A DNA stretch of 64,000 bases, taken from Podarcis muralis (taxonomy: Eukaryota). Under the pieces are notes generated by a model that ran no database searches, was not told the DNA's origin, and saw only the letters and a list, made by a program, of their open reading frames with translations. Positions 26,310 through 40,249 of the stretch are shown piece by piece. Location of the stretch: NCBI RefSeq assembly GCF_964188315.1, contig NC_135660.1:56234001-56298000 (forward strand), in the 5' to 3' direction. Both the position numbers and the translations under genes were made by a program. The first letter of the stretch is position 1. Each line of letters opens with the position of its first letter.

Positions 26310-28329
26310 TACAAAAACTGGAGGCATGCCCAGTTGTTGATGCCTATTGAAATTAATGGACCTAACCTATATTCACTCGTTTCAACAGGTCAAATTTAGT
26401 TGAATTCCACCCTGTGCTGCCAATCACAACTTTTTCACCCATCCTTTCAGCTGAGTTCTGCGATAATCGGCTTCTTTCAGAATATGGAGTAATCTTATGA
26501 AAGTTAAGGGATGGCATGCTCAATTTGGTGTATCTGCAAGCTCTGGAAGCTACTTTTTTATTCCTTTTCTTGGTATCAAGGAGTAGACAATCATTTTGTC
26601 AAAGAGCAGAGATGCTTGGATGTGCCCTTGCTCAGTTTCTCTTGCTGTCTGGATATGTCTGCATTGAAAGGTTTGGATTTTGTTCAGAATTCACATGTTT
26701 TTGTTATCTGCTTTAGGAGAGGGAGGAAGTCAGGAATAAATACTGTTACACACCCAGCTCAGATTTGTCTAGACTGCCCCATTCTCACGTTTACCATGGC
26801 CATACAAGACCAACTGCTCTGTGTGAGAATACCAAGAAAGGGAAGGAGGAAGATAAATACACACCATCATAATAACTCCTGTTTGTGAGCATCTTGAGCT
26901 GCTTTGGGGGCTCTAATCCAAAAGTGATACAAATCAAATAAGAGAAATAAGCGAATAACAGATAAAGGCCATCTTGAGCCTGTTTTCTTATGGTGGTAAT
27001 GGTGAAGGAAAATGAAATTTTCTTTCACCATTGGAAGGAACCCTAGATTCATAGCATAGGTTCATAGCATAGATTTCCAGGTGAGAGCTGGGCAAAAGTT
27101 CACTCTTCTGTGTGTGGAATAAAGATACAAGAAACTTAGTATTAATATACCCACCGACCCTTCTTTCTTTTTCTCTTTTTTTGGTTCCTTTCCTTTTAAG
27201 ATTAGTTTGGCTTTTATTGTATTTTAAGTGGAAAACTTTTTAAAATAATGACAAAAAAAAAACCTTTCCCATGTGAAGCTGCCTCTCCTGGACTTTTGCT
27301 TTCTTACAGCAGATGTAACAAAATGTGTAAATATAAATATTGTGTGCTGCTTTTAGTTTCCAGAAGCACAGGCAATTTGATGATTCTTTGACAAACATCT
27401 GCAGAATTCTTTAATTTCTTAGATGTGTAGGTTCATGTGCTTTATATTAATTACCAGTATTTAGGACTCTGAAAGGTATAACTTACATTTCCGGACTTTG
27501 AACCTCAGTTACTCTCCACTTAGCAGCATTACTGTTCAAACAGAATGCAACTAAACCAGATTCAAAGATGTGCCAAGGGAGCAAGAATCATATTAATCAA
27601 TGAAGTGACCCTTGTTCACCACTGTGTAGCCTACAACAGCAATTAGTCTTACCAGTGGGTAGCTGGGAAAACCAGGAAAGAGGCACAATCGTACAGGACT
27701 TCCCTCCACCATCTCCCAAGGGGAAAGCTTTCTATCAAACCCACAATATACTTAAAGGAGACTTCTACTAAGCTCCAAAAGATCTGGTTTCAGAAACAGG
27801 TCAGTCAATCATGATATCCCATTTCTCACTTGCTACTCTCAACAGAACTTAAGAATTCCTTATTTGCTCTGTACAAACTCACTGAAACAGGATATTCTCT
27901 CTCATGTATCAGTCCTATGTTTATACTACACACAGCTGTGCTTATAGGAGCATTGTGTTTTTTAACTGAGCACATATTTACAAAACGTTAAGTGTTACCT
28001 TTCCAGGAATCGCTCAGAGTTTAGGAGCTTGAACCATTTAAGACATTTCCCAAATTGCTCTCTACAAACTGATCTTACAGTGACCTTCTAACACCCCAGT
28101 CCTAAGCATGTGGTGGGTCCTAGACACGAAGGGGAGTGGCCTTTGGGTTCCCATGCTTCTTCATGTAAGGTAGCTCACAAAAGATGCTTAGAAGATAACA
28201 TCTGAACCAAGAATTCCCACCATGCATCTGAATGGAGTCCTTCTCCCAAATCCACTTGGGGGAACCGTGGGACGTCTTGGTACACTTAGTAAGAGAAGAG
28301 GAGAGAAAGCATAATAGCCTGCCTGTATC

Positions 28330-28670
28330 TTAAGATCTTCAGACGAGGCCCTTCTCCAAGGACCTTCCTTATTGGAACTGTGCTATAAAATTACAAAGGT
28401 TTTTTTCATCAGTGGCACCTAAGTTCTAGAATGCCCTCCCTAAGGAGGCATAGCTGGTGCCTGCTTTACAAGCTTTCAGACCACAGGTTAAGCTATTTTA
28501 ATCTACACAGGCATTTTTTTAAAGTGTTATTTTGGGTTATTTTATTATTTCTTTTGATGGTATTGATTTTTCTTCTTTGTTGCACATCATGATCTACATT
28601 TGTTGTTCACTGCTTTGATGAAGGCGAGTATAGAAGCATTTTAACAAAATAATAATAAAAATAAATAAAT
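28330..28670 (+). mobile_element. Degenerate L2-type LINE 3' end
   Basis: GAGGCCCTTCT...GTGGCACCTAAGTTCTAGAATGCCCTCCC...ACAGGCATTT and (AATA)n tail; boundaries approximate. Confidence 0.55.
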
Positions 28671-31600
28671 GTGAGCCTAAACAATACTTCTAATCCCTCC
28701 GTGCAAAGAAGTGATTACAACTGTTGGAAGTTTGAAGGGATTTTCTTTCAAACATTCCTTTCTTTTTCAAAGTGTTAACAATTCCTGAATTCCTAGTTGA
28801 CAAAGGCAAAGACCTAACTTTACATGTGACAACACTGCTCATGTGACTAATTAAAAACAATATATATTGCAGCCAATAAATTACTATGTACTCTTACACC
28901 AAATGGGGGCTGTAATTTCTCAGAATAACTTGAAATTGTCTCAAAGGGACAAAGCAGAAGTTGTTTCCTCAGTGTGCTAGCTTGCTACCTCTACCATATC
29001 TTCGAGTTTAGTTGTGCTGAATGCTATTCAATTTGCTCACTTATTTATTGAGAATCCAGAGAAGACATGGCAGCTCTGAAGGAACAACTTCAAAAAAGTT
29101 AAAATTATACAAATCAGTTGATAAGGAGGGAAGGGGACCAAACTCATCCAAACTCCTGTGCAACTGTTCACTAGTAGACTATTTCCTCCCTTGAATGGAC
29201 TCCTCATACACAGCCTAGCCATTTGATCCATGGGTGGTGAGGAACTTCAAGGATAGGAAGGAGGCAATGCACATGAAGTACTCTGAACACTTGTGAAGTA
29301 TCTTCACAGTTAGCACTGAACAAGGCTAGAGCCAGCATAGATCATCGGGGTGGGGATAGGACACTAATTTTGCTATTGCCTGGAAGTATCCCAAACTGTG
29401 TGTTTGGCTCCTTCCACCAGTGCAAATGAGCTGTGAAGCTTTGCAACATATAATCTCTTCTAGTTTGCTGACAAATATTTTAGACTTTTACGTTTACATT
29501 GCAGCAATCCTGTATTGCATACCTGTCAGCCAGTGGACAGCGTTCCGAATGCAACTATTCAGAAATGTCAAACAAAATTTAGTAGGCAGCTTCATATGTC
29601 AACATGAGAAAGGAAAAAGGAACACATGAGCCAAGAGCCCCCAAACCACACAACCAGTGTGTGAGGGGTTGTTTATTTGGGGGTGGGAGAAGCAGATTTC
29701 CCCCAGGCATGTCCAAGCCATGAAGTACACACAAAGCAGCCCTCTGTATCTCAGCTATTGTGAAATAGCAATATGCTCAATATGGGCAAGCTAGTGCAAA
29801 ATGGTGCTGCATAGCTCTTAATAGTGACTAGGAACATCCTAGCTTTTGCAACAGCACTGGCAGCCGATTTGTTTTCACACAGAATGCAAGGTGCAGATGC
29901 TTAACTTTAAGACCCTCCACAGCCTAGGACTCACAACATAAAATCACTTCTCCCCATATGTGGCTGGCAGCAATTATTGTCAGAAGGCTGGGCCCTGCTC
30001 CAAATGCCCTCACAATGGGAAGCAAGAACATCCGCTTTAAGGAACAAGGCCTTTATCCTGAGTACCTTCCTAGGGGAAGTGCAGAGCTGTTGTTTTGTTT
30101 TAAGAGAGTGCAAAAAAAAAAAAAAAAAAAAAAAGGATTCTTGGTTCACAAGGCATTTGGCTGTTTGTTTATTATAGGGTGGGTGCTGTTTTCTTTCAGT
30201 TGACTTTACTAGTTTGATTGCATTTAATATTTTTGTTACTGTGATCTCCCTTGAGCCCAGAAATGGAAGGATAAATATATTCAAAATAAATGAATAGATT
30301 TTGAAATTGTTGCTAAAGCTCAGGAAATCTAAAAGCAAACACAATGTACCTTTCTCTAGGGAACCAAATAGCATGCACTTTGCTGGAGATGAGGCAGGAT
30401 GGTTGATACATAAACCTGTAATTTTAGAACTATCCACATAACCACATGCAAAAAAGTTGAACAGGGTGCTGACACAGTGAGCATTACCATCACCTTGGTA
30501 GCACTTTCTCCTGCTATCCAACCAGATCGCGTTCAAACCATAGCTCAAACCAACTCTCTTTGGGTCTGTGTGCCCACATACATGATCACATGGAGAAATT
30601 TAGGAGTGTAAACTGACACTTAGGCATAGCAAATGTTTGCCATTTTCTGTGTGGCACAAGTAACAAAATATACTGGTTAAATGTAATATTCTGTAATAGG
30701 AAACTGTTACATATTTAGCATACTTTTTCATGAAATATTTCTAATTTTCATTTTGATAAATTGTTCCAACATTTTAAATACTGAACAAATATTTAGTGTT
30801 TGGAATTACTGTCATTAAAGCATTAGACTAGGATTATAACTGCCTTTAGATACATTAAGAAAAACCACCCACCCAGGTACAGAAATGTTTTTAAATCTTC
30901 TTAAGAAGTTGTTTTTGAGGGAGACCCTTACCAAAGAAGGAATTCCTGTATGAGGAACAGGCTGATTTATAGCAGGTGGCTCTCTATATAAATGGAGAAC
31001 ATGTGTAAGGACAAGGATGGTGAGGGATAGTTGACTGTGATGCAGGCATGTGAAGAACAGGTGCTAATATTTAGCTGGCATCCTGCTCAGAACAAAGCAA
31101 GATGGGAGTCAAGCTCGCACCTTTGTGATTTAATCACAATTCAGTAGTATAATTCATCACCTTTCATCAACATCCTATTCACATCCTCATGTATCACCGC
31201 TAAAACTTCATAGCTGGGGAAGACCAGTTTCTAGTGACAAAAGACACATATTTAATGGTTTCAGATATCTTCCTAAATATTACATGGACACTGTAAAGAT
31301 TGGTATTTATTAAAATTTGTGAAGCAATTTTACATCTAGAAGATGAAATAAATAATTCAAGAAGTTGACAATTCTGTTTGTCTCTAAAATTGCATGTGGT
31401 TTATGAAGATGAAATTGTGCATACTCTTTGTTCACTGTGCGAATAGCATTTCGACACCTTAAGTGAGGAAAAGTCATTTGCATTCAATTTTTATTATTAT
31501 TTAGAAACCCGTATTGTCATTACTCATTTTTCTGTTGTAGGATACAGCAAGCATGAGCACTACCCAAGTTAACACTAGGTTGCTAGTGGTTATCGTCTGT

Positions 31601-32374
31601 CAAGCCAATGTGCATATTAAGTCAGTGTTTCCCAACCGGTGTTCCGCGGCACACTAGTGTGCCGCGAGACGTTACCTGGTGTGCCGTGGGAGGGAGGCGG
31701 GCGCTTTCTCGTTCGCGCCCTGCAGCGAGAAGGGCAGCGCAGCGCCGCAGAAGAGGCCCAGGAGGCAGCAGGCGCCCAGCGCGCGCCCGAGTCCCGCCCA
31801 GCTCGCCATGTCCGCCCGCAGCATTGGCGACCCGAGCCAGGCTCCGCGCGCGACGCCCGTCTTATGGCGCGCGCCTCTGCCGAACGCTCAGCCCCGGCGC
31901 GAGCGGCTTAGCAACTCCGTCCAATCAGGGCGCATCTCGGCTGGGCGGCCGCGGCATTCTGGGAAATGTAGTCCTCGGGCAGCAGCGGCATTCTGAGAAG
32001 GCGCGCTTCTTCGCCGCTGCGCCTTTTCTTCCTCATTCCTTCTTTGCTGGCAACGCAAAAAGAGGCGGAGGAGGAAGAGCTGCTGGAAATGCCTGCGTGG
32101 GCATCGGTGCACGCAGGAGATTTAGGCCGGGTGGGGTTGTTAGAGTCAAGATTTTATTTTGTTTATGTCCATCTTGCTGTTCGTGATACTAAACTACTCT
32201 TTATAGATCTCGTTATAACTTGTGTGGGGATTGCTTAATTTCGTTGTGGGCGCTTTGATACGGTTTCTTATGAGTGCATTTGGGTAATTATGTAAATATT
32301 GCCATGTCGTAAGCCGCCTCGAGCATGGTTTTTAACTATGGAAACAGCATGCAAATGACAATGATATCTAGGGA

Positions 32375-32521
32375 GGTTTCAAAGGCTTTGTAAGCAGAGT
32401 GAAGGAAAGAAATCCAGATGTGATTGTTACGCATTGTTTTTTGCACCGTGAGGCCCTCGTAGCCAAGACTTTACCAGCAGACCTAGTTCATGTGTTGGAT
32501 GATGTTGTGCGCATGGTAAAC
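32375..32521 (+). pseudogene. hAT Charlie/Buster transposase fragment (about 49 aa)
   Basis: My translation: [49 protein letters not shown], containing the hAT CxxH motif in THCxxHRxAL context. Confidence 0.9.
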
Positions 32522-32647
32522 AGGCCCAGGTTGCGCACTGAATAAAGTATTTTATAATTTTTCATATTTCTGTTTACTTACTATTTCATAATAAAGTAAT
32601 TATAAAATACTATCTTTGTGTTTATTTGATTCCTATTAAAGAGAGTT

Positions 32648-33470
32648 TAATTAAGATTGCCGGAAGAAATATCAACAACCTCAGATATGCAGATGACACA
32701 ACCTTGATGGCAGAAAGTGAGGAGGAATTAAAGAACCTTTTAATGAGGGTGAAAGAGGAGAGCGCAAAATATGGTCTGAAGCTCAATATCAAAAAAACGA
32801 AGATCATGGCCACTGGTCCCATCACCTCCTGGCAAATAGAAGGGGAAGAAATGGAGGCAGTGAGAGATTTTACTTTCTTGGGCTCCATGATCACTGCAGA
32901 TGGTGACAGCAGCCACGAAATTAAAAGACGCCTGCTTCTTGGGAGAAGGGCAATGACAGGCCTAGACAGCATCTTGAGAAGTAGAGATGTCACCTTGCCA
33001 ACAAAGGTCCGTATAGTTAAAGCCATGGTCTTCCCAGTAGTGATGTATGGAAGTGAGAGCTGGACCATCAAGAAGGCTGATCGCCGAAGAATTGATGCTT
33101 TTGAATTATGGTGCTGGAGAAGACTCTTGAGAGTCCCATGGACGGCAAGAAGATCAAATGCATCCATTCTTAAGGAAATCAGACCTGAGTGCTCACTGGA
33201 AGGACAGATCGTGAAGCTGAGGCTCCAGTACTTTGGCCACCTCATGAGAAGAGAAGACTCCCTGGAGAAGACACTGATGCTGGGAAAGATGGAGGGCACA
33301 AGGAGAAGGGGGCGACAGAGGACGAGATGGTTGGATAGTGTTTTCGAGGTTACCAGCATGAGTTTGACCAAACTGCGGAAGGTAGTGGAGGACAGAGGTG
33401 CCTGGCGTGCTCTGGTCCATGGGGTCACGAAGAGTCGGACACGACTAAACGACTAAACAACAACAACAAC
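32648..33470 (+). mobile_element. 5'-truncated BovB (RTE-clade) LINE with uninterrupted RT C-terminal frame
   Basis: ORF with NLRYADDTTL...WRALVHGVTKSRTRLND, (CAA)n tail, 10-bp TSD AAAGAGAGTT (32638-32647, 33471-33480). Confidence 0.96.
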
Positions 33471-36400
33471 AAAGAGAGTTACTTTATATATAGTCAATAT
33501 AGGCACAGAGTTAATTTTTTAAACATTTTCTAATGGTGGTGTGCCTCGAGATTTTTTTCATGAAACAAGTGTGCCTTTGCCCAAAAAAGGTTGGGAAACA
33601 CTGTATTAAGTAACATTCACCAGCTCTGTGTAGACATAATGCCACTGATCCCTAAACCATGGTTAAGAGGCTTAGGGCTGCCTCATTCTTCCTTCAAACC
33701 TACCTTCCCTTTGCACAACCAACTGTGATGTCAAATTACATCAGCACTGAGACTAATGATGGTTACCATTAACCACAGTTAACTTTTCATTAGCGATTGA
33801 AACCAAGATTTGAAGTTGGTTTCCAAACATTAACATTGGTAAGTACAAGTATAAACAAGCATGGTTGCAGCTTATAAGAAAAGGGATGAGGAAACACGCA
33901 GAAAATAGGAAGAAGGCAGCCCACAAGCTACTCCCAGTTTTTTTTGACCATGGTAAAGATGCCAGCAGTATTACACCTATTTGCTTTAGCCCAAGGAGCA
34001 TATAAAGACTCTTAGGAAGATGTCACAAATCCTGAAATGTCCTGGTTCTTGGGTGTAAAAATGGCGCCCAATTTTTTGCCAATTTTGGGGGCTTCCTAAA
34101 AAAAGCACCCCACTCTCTAGCTTTCAGAAGGGCTTACATATGATCAATTAAAACAAGACAGTCCCTATCTGTAGGCTTGCAATCTAAAAATACATGAAAG
34201 ACAAGGGGAAAGTGACAGGGAGGGAAGAAGAAAAATTTAGGCACAAATTTCTAAACAGTTGTTCCTCTAGTCACCAGCTGGCCTAGTTCAGGGGCAGGAA
34301 GTGCCTGATGGAGCTGGACTTCCAGAAAAGCTAGTGGAATGAGCTCTTTTCCCTATCTCTCCCAGTGAGGCAGTCAGATGGAATGGCTGCCCCCAGATGA
34401 CAAATGTAAATGTTGCAATTATATATTTATGAGGCTGGTGGTCCGGCAGAAGGAGAGCTATTCCCTGCCTTTGTTGCTGTTTTTAAAGTATTGCCAATTT
34501 TATCTTATTTATTATATACACAGCTTAAAGAGTTTTCTGATTAAGGTAACTAACTAAAGTAAATTTAAAAAGTGCAAATTTGAATCTGAGCCAATCAGTT
34601 GTAAATATACTATGGACACAAATGTAACTCAGAAGTCTTAGGTAGGGAGGATCCACAAGTACGGGTTGTGGGGCATCTATTATTTAATGTGACAAGGTTC
34701 ATCACTTTTTTTGCTGGTAGTATTACTCAAACCTGGCCTGGCTTGCTTGCACCACTTAGGATTGGCTCCTACAATAATAATTATAAACTACACTTCGGTA
34801 ATCAGGAACAAGCTGCAGTGAAGGTTGGACCTGAGGGCTCACCCCCCCCCCCAACTTCCTTCTTCATTTGTTATAGAGGAATGAAAGCGTCTATTTTCAC
34901 TTTTGATTAAATCCCAGTTTCCTGTTACGTACAAACTCAGAGCACCGTGAATTATTCTAACTCCAATTGCTTAAAACAAAGTAGGATTAAACCGTGCTCC
35001 TGATCTCCCCATCCCATATCAATGAGTGACAGAAAAGACATCTGAAAACTGTAAATTTACTGTCAACAAGTGGGATTGCTAACTGCTGTAGCCTTGTCAC
35101 AAGTCTCATAATTTAAAAAGATTATTTTAAAGTCTAAATTCATGACTATTCTATTTATTTTTTGTGTGCTTTCCAAAGTGTTTTTCTAGCCAAAGCTTGA
35201 AACTATGGCAGACGTGAAAGGCATTTAAAGCAGTTGGCAATGCTGGGTGAGCAAGGTTAAGCTTTTACATTTTCAGAGAGAATTGCTTGGCAAAGGAATT
35301 AAGTTTACAGCCCATCTTTGTAAGTGATGTTGCAGAGTTCCAGAATTGGAGGTGAAGGGCTGGGAAGCGAGCCTCCCCCAGTCTGGCAATAACATAACTT
35401 TTATGATATGAGCCCAAATCCCTTTAATTTCAGCTAGACTTGTAAATAAGCTTGGCAAATCTGATCTGCCCCCCCCCCATCCCCTTCCAGTAGCAGCAAC
35501 AGTGTTATGGAAGTGCAATGATGCCCAAAAACCTGAGTGCAAACAAAAAGCTGCTGGTGAAAAATTGTAAGAATTGATATTATACAGGACCCAGCAGCCC
35601 TGACAAACTAAAATGCTCTGAGAGCTAAGCAGTTTGTGTTGGTAAGGCTTTGAGGACCAATGAAAACCCAAGGAGTAGCCCTATTCCTCCCCTCCTTGTT
35701 TGTCCATTCACATCCCTCCATACCTACATGCCTGCTGCTGCTGCAGAGTTAGGCAATGGGTATGGAGGCTCAGACAAGCAAGGGCTAGCAGGAACAGATT
35801 TGTAATGATTTAAGAAAAAAAATCCCCAACCCCTTTTTTCTTTTAAAATTAAAACAGAAAACAGAAATAAAAGCTTGGAAAGAATGAGCCCTTCCCAGAT
35901 TGATGTTAGACCAGTTTCCCTACCTCTAGTTTTCACATCAACTCCTTGAGTTTCTTGTCTATGCCATATTATAAATCTTTTTATTCACTTATAGAAATAT
36001 TTCCATACCGCTATTCATAAAATATATCAGAGCAGTTTGCAACAACAGTACACAAAACCACATAAAGAAGCTTAAACCAGAAATCAGCTATTGTGGAAAG
36101 ATGAATTCCAAATCACCTGAACAGGCCTGATGGAATAGAAAAGTTTTCAGTGGGCATTTAAAAGTTGAAACCTGCTGATTCTCTACTGGCTGAGTATTCA
36201 ACAGTATTGTGCCGCTTACACTATAGACTCAGTTCCGTGCATTTGTCAAATGATCCCTGCCAACTCAGGGAACAACCAGTGGTGCTCCTGCAGATTATCT
36301 CAGTGGCCAAGCTGGGAAATAAGGGTCCCTGAGGTGCCCTAGACCTAAGTCATTCAGGACTCTTTAAATTAATACAAGGACCTTGAAACTGGCTCAGTTG

Positions 36401-37706
36401 TAGATACACTGGCTTGCATAATTAAACAAAATATATAATAACAACTTACTGCTGAAGTCAGTGTCCTTGAGCCTGAATTGCTGTAACTGAAAAGGCAAAA
36501 ACTGAAAGGCATGAAGCTATAAATTGAGTGAACTGATTTTTAAAAGACATCTCATTGAAGATATTCAATGGAAGCCAACCTTGCATAGGTGGACTTCAGC
36601 TCTTCCTCAACTCTCTGGAACAGATTTTGAGGCTGCTGGGGGGGGGGGGAGAGGAAAAGTCCATAAGCAGGCATCTGTTCTATATGTGCATGGACAGAAT
36701 TAGTTACAATCCATTATATATCATCAATGCAATCTTATGTATGTTTACGCAGATGCAAGTCTCACTCTGGTTCAATTGGGATTGCTCTCTAGAAGGTGTG
36801 TTACAACTAAAGCTACCAATTAAATCTTTACATTTTAAAATCAAGTTCACTAGAAGCTTATGATATCTATATACTTCAACCAATCTTTATATGCCAACAG
36901 TGCAGCCAATGAGTGGAAATCCCTTTAATTTAAGGGGGAAATCTAATTAACAGTGCAAACCTTTACATGTTTACTTGAAAGTAACGGAGCAACCCAAGCC
37001 CCTGCAGGGCAGCTGTTGGGGGGCAGAGCCATTACCCCATATGCATCCCTGCCACTGGTAGTGAAAGGATGGCTCGGAATCTGTTGGAGCCCACATCTGT
37101 CTAGCTTCTCCTCCTGCCTTGGAACGAACACCCCCCCCCAGGGTTTGGAGTCCCTTTGAATTCAAGGGGGTTTACACATCAATAAGTGCATGTTAAGATT
37201 AGAGCCTAACAATGTCATCTTATATATATATATATCTACTCAGAAGTAAGTCCCATACAGGACTGCAGCCTAAGCTAGCATTTACACTGTGATTCAGATA
37301 CCTTAAAAAAAAGTTAAGGTTCCCTTGGCATTCATCTCATAGCAGTAAATATAAGATATAAATAAGCATTCTACCACTGGCCAATTCTGCACCCCAACTA
37401 TGACCTTGCAACTGTGTTTTTAAATGTCATATGCATGTTCAAGTACCTTTCCTGAGCATTATTTGAAAATGTTTTAAAATAAAGATTTATATTTCTTCAT
37501 TATTAAGATACCCTGGATCTTAATTTCACCCATGTTTCCATAATCAATGGATCTTACCTTAACTCCTAGATTAAATTTGCATTTTAAGAAGAGGGGCAAA
37601 TACCTTCCTTCATTGTTTTGGGCAGAAAAAGAAACAGAACAAAACAAGAATGGAAGGGGGGGGGGAATTAGCAGAAGGTCCTACTTCAGCTAAACCTTTG
37701 CAGTGA

Positions 37707-37861
37707 NNNNNNNNNNNNNNNNNNNNNNNNNNNNNNNNNNNNNNNNNNNNNNNNNNNNNNNNNNNNNNNNNNNNNNNNNNNNNNNNNNNNNNNNNNNNNN
37801 NNNNNNNNNNNNNNNNNNNNNNNNNNNNNNNNNNNNNNNNNNNNNNNNNNNNNNNNNNNNN
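37707..37861. other. Assembly gap, 155 N
   Basis: Run of N. Confidence 1.
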
Positions 37862-40018
37862 TTGGTTGTAGAGAAAAAATGTTTGACTCAAGAAGGAGGC
37901 TGCTCACATCTCAACAATGCTGTTGGTATTGTCTTATAAACAGACTAACACATTAAAAAGGGAAAACAGCTATAGATTTCCCCACCACCACCCAAATACG
38001 CATCCCTGAAGTCTTAATAAGAGTGATGAAGGACTAAGCAGTAAAGAGAGAGATATTCTGAAGTGTATGACTTATTATCTATATTCAGAGGCATTTGTTT
38101 TCAGGGCACATAATGTGTGTTCAAACCATTTTCATCATGTTTAGAAAGAACGCCTGCCTTAATCTTAAAAGTGCATGAGCTCTACTGAAAAATGTTGCGC
38201 TCACAAGCTACCAGAAGCAACCAGAAGCTTTTACCTACAGTATGACTTGCACAGGGGCGCTATTTGCTTTTTGTATTATGTCTGAAGTTTCTGAAGGAGC
38301 ACTAGATTATCAATTAAAGATGCACTGGATAACAGCTATGACAAAATGTTGGCCTCTCCAAAAAACATTTTATTACTCCCAAATTGAAAAATTCTGAATC
38401 TGTTTACAAGAAATCATTCAGAAATTGTTCTACCTGAACAGTCTTTAGAAGCTTTCATTTACAATCAAGCCCAGTTCAAATGGCAGTCACAAGGGCTCTT
38501 CTTTCCAACATTGCTAAAAACATCATTTTAAGCAAATGAAGCATTTTCACAACCCTAGCTTCAAATTCTTTCAAAAGCATTTATTTATTTTTAAAAGCAG
38601 TATACTCTGTTTCTAATATATCTGTACATATGGCATTCTCATATATTCAAGGTATTTCTACATATGTATTTATTTCACACATCATGAAATCTAAACTAAG
38701 AGCAATCTGTGCTTTAAAAAGCGTAAGAGCAAAAGTGGAACATTGTAACTTTTATCAGTTCCACCTTTAAAATGACACTGTCATTGTTCAGACATTGTTT
38801 TCACGCTCATAGATAGTACACTTTGGGGCACAAGCCAAATGTAAGTACTTTTAAATCTATTTTATCATAGCAGAATTGAGTTAAAGTATATGCTTAATTC
38901 TCCTATTGAAATCAATTGGATATAAAATATGCTTCACCATGGTTGGATTGTGTCCTTTGTTAAGTCAATCACTTTCTATAAACATGCAGATCAATCCTAA
39001 AAACATTTACTTAGAAGAAAATTCCCCTTAATTTAAAGGGATTTAATCCCAGTAGCTGCACACAGCATTGGGCACAAGTCAAATTATACAATTTACTAAT
39101 CTGAGGCAATTTCTACAATTTCATTGATGGCAAATGTTTTCACTGGGATTTAACTGAATGTAACCCATGCTAAGGATCTGCCAGTTATTTTCTTTCATTA
39201 CAAATTTAATTCCATGGACTATATATATATATGTGCTTAGCTTCATCAATGTTAGAAACTTATCAGTTTATGTATTCTGTATACAGCTTGTAAAACCTGT
39301 ATACAGCAAGAAAGGAATTTTAGGAGAAGCATTCCCACCTTTTAATTAATTAGTTTCTATATTTCTATATTCTTCATCCAAGGATGACAGTTTGCAGCAT
39401 AAAAAAACCAAAAATAATAACATGGTAACAAATGAAACCAATAACCCCCACCACAAAGTATTTATTTACCTAGTGGTTAATGATTGACTTTAGCATTAAA
39501 TGCAGACTTATTTTGTTAACTGCTTCTATAGCCATAAGTAATTCCAATAAGAATTCAACAGCATAGTGTTTTATTTGAAAAATCTTATTGAAAAAAGAAA
39601 GGAAAAAAAGAAAAATCAATCCAAAAGGTATAATGATTACTGTCCAAGCTGGGGAGTTCCAGGATCACATCATTAGTTACTTGATAAGTTACTTGATAAA
39701 TTTCATCAAGGAAACACTAACTGTTTCCTCTGAAAAGCACACTTGTGCTGATAACAACTGGGGGAAATCAGTCTAAAAATGAAACCTTTCAGCCTAATTG
39801 CCCTAGAAAGTGTTTAGTATCTAATCTTATGTCCCTTGCAAATAACAGAAGCTGCAAGAGTCACTGTGAAATGATGGTTTGGCACAGTTGCCATTTTTAT
39901 CTGCTGTGAACTAAGAAAAAAATTAAAAAAGCTAAATTAAGTCACACTGTGCATCCTCATGCTGGAATTATTTATTATATACCAGGTAGATTAATGACTC
40001 TTCGGGTTGGTGCAGGTA

Positions 40019-40020
<2 letters not shown>

Positions 40021-40074
<54 letters not shown>

Positions 40075-40249
40075 TTTCGTAGATTTTCACGGGTACAGGA
40101 ATGCAGGTTTTGGTGTCCTCGGGTGTCTTCCCGTGTAAAAGTTGGGGTGTCTAGGCGACGTTTCGACGAGATGACGAGTGAGACCTCGTCGAAACGTCGC
40201 CTAGACACCCCAACTTTTACACGGGAAGACACCCGAGGACACCAAAACC

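Larger units (their letters stand above)
31623..33603 (+). mobile_element. Non-autonomous hAT (Charlie/Buster-type) DNA transposon, 1981 bp, with internal cargo and nested BovB
   Basis: Perfect 15-bp TIR CAGTGTTTCCCAACC/GGTTGGGAAACACTG; perfect 8-bp TSD TATTAAGT (31615-31622, 33604-33611); internal transposase remnant. Confidence 0.95.

Noticed and set aside
29931-30548. 205-aa minus-strand ORF
   Set aside because: Crosses a poly-A/T run, random composition, no homology recognised.
31608-32238. Overlapping Arg/Ala/Gly-rich ORFs
   Set aside because: Expected by-product of very high GC; no domain signal.
32622-33428. 268-aa minus-strand ORF (and 12929-13219)
   Set aside because: Antisense shadow of the BovB RT frame; no independent protein features.
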